A DNA stretch of 64,000 nucleotides from an uncultured delta proteobacterium (lineage in GTDB: Bacteria; Myxococcota; Myxococcia; Myxococcales; Myxococcaceae). The DNA lies in contig CAWCKH010000004.1 in assembly GCA_963796055.1 (NCBI GenBank), positions 480,001 to 544,000 on the forward strand, read 5' to 3'. Below are positions 62,221 through 64,000 of the stretch, piece after piece. The notes beneath the pieces are model-generated. The model was not told where the DNA came from. It worked only from the letters and a program-made list of their open reading frames with translations, and ran no database searches. Position numbers and translations under genes: made by a program. How positions within the stretch are numbered: the stretch's first letter is position 1; each line of letters begins with the position of its first letter.

Positions 62221-63404
62221 GGAATGCTCTCTGGCTTCTGGCGCTGATGGTCTGCGGCGCGTCGGGCAGTGCCCACGCCTATCCCTTCATGATCCGGCAC
62301 GGATACACGCAGTGCGCAACCTGCCACACCGACCCCTCGGGCGGGACGCTGCTCAACGAATACGGTCGGGCTCAGAGCGAGCTGCTCCTCAGCTCCATCT
62401 ACGGAGGCGGAGACCAGCTCTCCGACTCCGAAGAGACGGAACCGACGGCCGGGCGGTTCCTCGGGTTCGCCGCGCTTCCTTCCTGGTTTCGCCTCGGCGG
62501 CTGGGTCCGGGAGGGGTACATCTGGAATGCAGTCGACGGTCGCATCGTCGACCGGCGTCTCTTGCAGATGCGGGCCGACGTCGGAGCGGATCTCCGGATC
62601 GGCGCCTTCCGGGCGGCCGCGGAGCTCGGTTACTCCAGCGCTGACGCCACGCCCTTCACTCAGCTGGCCCAGATCACCCGCAGCACCACCGGGCCGAATC
62701 TCATCGGACGCGAGTTCTGGCTCGGGGTCGAGACCTCCGGAGGTGATGGGCTTCTCCGGGCGGGGCGGATCAACATTCCCTTCGGTCTCCGCAACCTCGA
62801 GCACACCTCGTTCGTGAGGCTGGCCACCCAGACCGACGCCAACGACGACCAGACCTACGGGGTGGCCTTCGCCATCTCCAAGCGCACCTGGCGCGCGGAG
62901 GTGATGGCCTTGCTCGGAAACCTCTCGGTGCACCCCGACGCGTACCGGGAGCGCGGCGGCGCAGGCTACCTCGAGCTCTCGCTCGCGCCGACCGCCGCCG
63001 TGGGCATCAGCGCACTGGCGGCGAGGACGGACGCCTCCCTGGTGACCCGTCACCCCACGCTCCGGCAGGCCTACGGTGGTTTCGCCAGAGTTTCGCCCTG
63101 GCAGCCGCTGGTGGTGCAGGTGGAGGCCGACCTGGTTCTGAACAAGCAGCTGGGCGGCGGTCCGCAGGACGTGGGCCATGCCGAGTGGCTCCAGACCGAC
63201 GTGGAGGTGTTCCGCGGGCTGCATCTGATCGGTGCGCTCGAGGGCAGAAAGACCGGGGCCACGCCGGTCCTCGAGAAAGGAGCCTGGGGGGGCCTGTGGT
63301 GGTTCGCCGTTCCTCACCTCGACGTCCGTGCGGATGTGATCGAGCGCTGGAGCGAGGGACCCTCGACACTCACCTACCTGGTTCAAGTGAACGGATACCT
63401 GTGA
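62217..63404 (+). CDS. Outer-membrane beta-barrel-like protein with N-terminal CxxCH
   Basis: Signal peptide AHA-YP; CATCH; alternating beta-strands ending in YLVQVNGYL. Confidence 0.7.
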   Translation: MRNALWLLALMVCGASGSAHAYPFMIRHGYTQCATCHTDPSGGTLLNEYGRAQSELLLSSIYGGGDQLSDSEETEPTAGRFLGFAALPSWFRLGGWVREGYIWNAVDGRIVDRRLLQMRADVGADLRIGAFRAAAELGYSSADATPFTQLAQITRSTTGPNLIGREFWLGVETSGGDGLLRAGRINIPFGLRNLEHTSFVRLATQTDANDDQTYGVAFAISKRTWRAEVMALLGNLSVHPDAYRERGGAGYLELSLAPTAAVGISALAARTDASLVTRHPTLRQAYGGFARVSPWQPLVVQVEADLVLNKQLGGGPQDVGHAEWLQTDVEVFRGLHLIGALEGRKTGATPVLEKGAWGGLWWFAVPHLDVRADVIERWSEGPSTLTYLVQVNGYL

Positions 63405-63895
63405 TGCGTCTTCCACTCTTCTTGTTCTTCGCGGTCGCCGTTGCCGTTCCGCTCGGCGCCCGGGCGACTCCCAACTTCCCGGGAGCGATAAGCCGGGATC
63501 TGCAGCTGTCGGCTCCACCAGCCTGCACCATCTGCCACGCCACCAACGAGGGTGGGATTGGAACGGTGGTGAAGCCCTTCGGCAAGTACCTCGTCTCGCG
63601 CGGTCTGTCGCCATTCGACGAGTCGTCCCTGGCCGGGTCGCTCGCCGCGGCCCAGGGCGAGCGTCACGACAGCGACGGCGACGGCATCTCCGACATCGCC
63701 GCGCTCCAGCAGGGCCTGGACCCCAATGGGGCTCCCGCCGCCGGGCCGCAGATCGAGGATCCGACCTTCGGCTGCAGCGCGACCGGGGGCGGGGCGGGCA
63801 ACACCTTCCTGCTCGCCCTGGTCGTGGCCCTTCGGCTGGCGGCTGCACGCGTGTGCTGCCTGCGCGGTCGCCAGCGCCCGGAACGGGGGAGCTGA
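63404..63895 (+). CDS. Small secreted CxxCH protein with a Ca-binding-like loop and MYXO-CTERM-like tail
   Basis: Signal peptide; CTICH; DSDGDGISD; GCSATGG, then a hydrophobic stretch and basic tail. Confidence 0.7.
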   Translation: MRLPLFLFFAVAVAVPLGARATPNFPGAISRDLQLSAPPACTICHATNEGGIGTVVKPFGKYLVSRGLSPFDESSLAGSLAAAQGERHDSDGDGISDIAALQQGLDPNGAPAAGPQIEDPTFGCSATGGGAGNTFLLALVVALRLAAARVCCLRGRQRPERGS

Positions 63896-64000
63896 TGCGC
63901 CGCGGGGGCGGCAGCCGTCAGCGGGTGCGAGGGCTCCTCGCCGCCGACCGCCTCCTGAGCCCCTCACCGGTCGGTCGTCAGTCGAAGACGACCGTTCGCC

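Overview
High-GC bacterial chromosomal window, most consistent with a myxobacterium (Myxococcota). This is inferred from an ElbD/ElbE-type ether-lipid locus, an FHA-sigma54 activator and a MYXO-CTERM-like tail. About 50 genes or gene remnants are supportable: a myo-inositol-1-P synthase/aminotransferase/GH3 operon next to a GT39/MMPL block, elbDE, glgC, otsAB, pcrA, fabF, an acyl-CoA dehydrogenase, a cfa/reductase/desaturase/P450 block, a Rieske oxygenase with permease, and a CxxCH outer-membrane operon. Two features stand out. (1) At 25.86-28.83 kb an FHA-sigma54 enhancer-binding protein is flanked by four paralogous 54-62 aa single-TM microproteins that align without gaps. Each has its own RBS and GG-N10-GC sigma54 promoter, and three have a tandem pair of 17-bp imperfect palindromes at enhancer distance. 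(2) At 48.1-50.9 kb a ClpA/B-type AAA+ ATPase is fused to a full-length RF2-like module with a degenerate GGQ and no SPF loop. Several deletion-plus-frameshift scars (LysR, ACT, TolB/TPR chimera, cytochrome c, B3 metallo-beta-lactamase, di-heme protein) indicate decay of accessory genes. No rRNA, tRNA, CRISPR array or transposase was recognised. All family calls come from motif recognition by eye; no database search was run.
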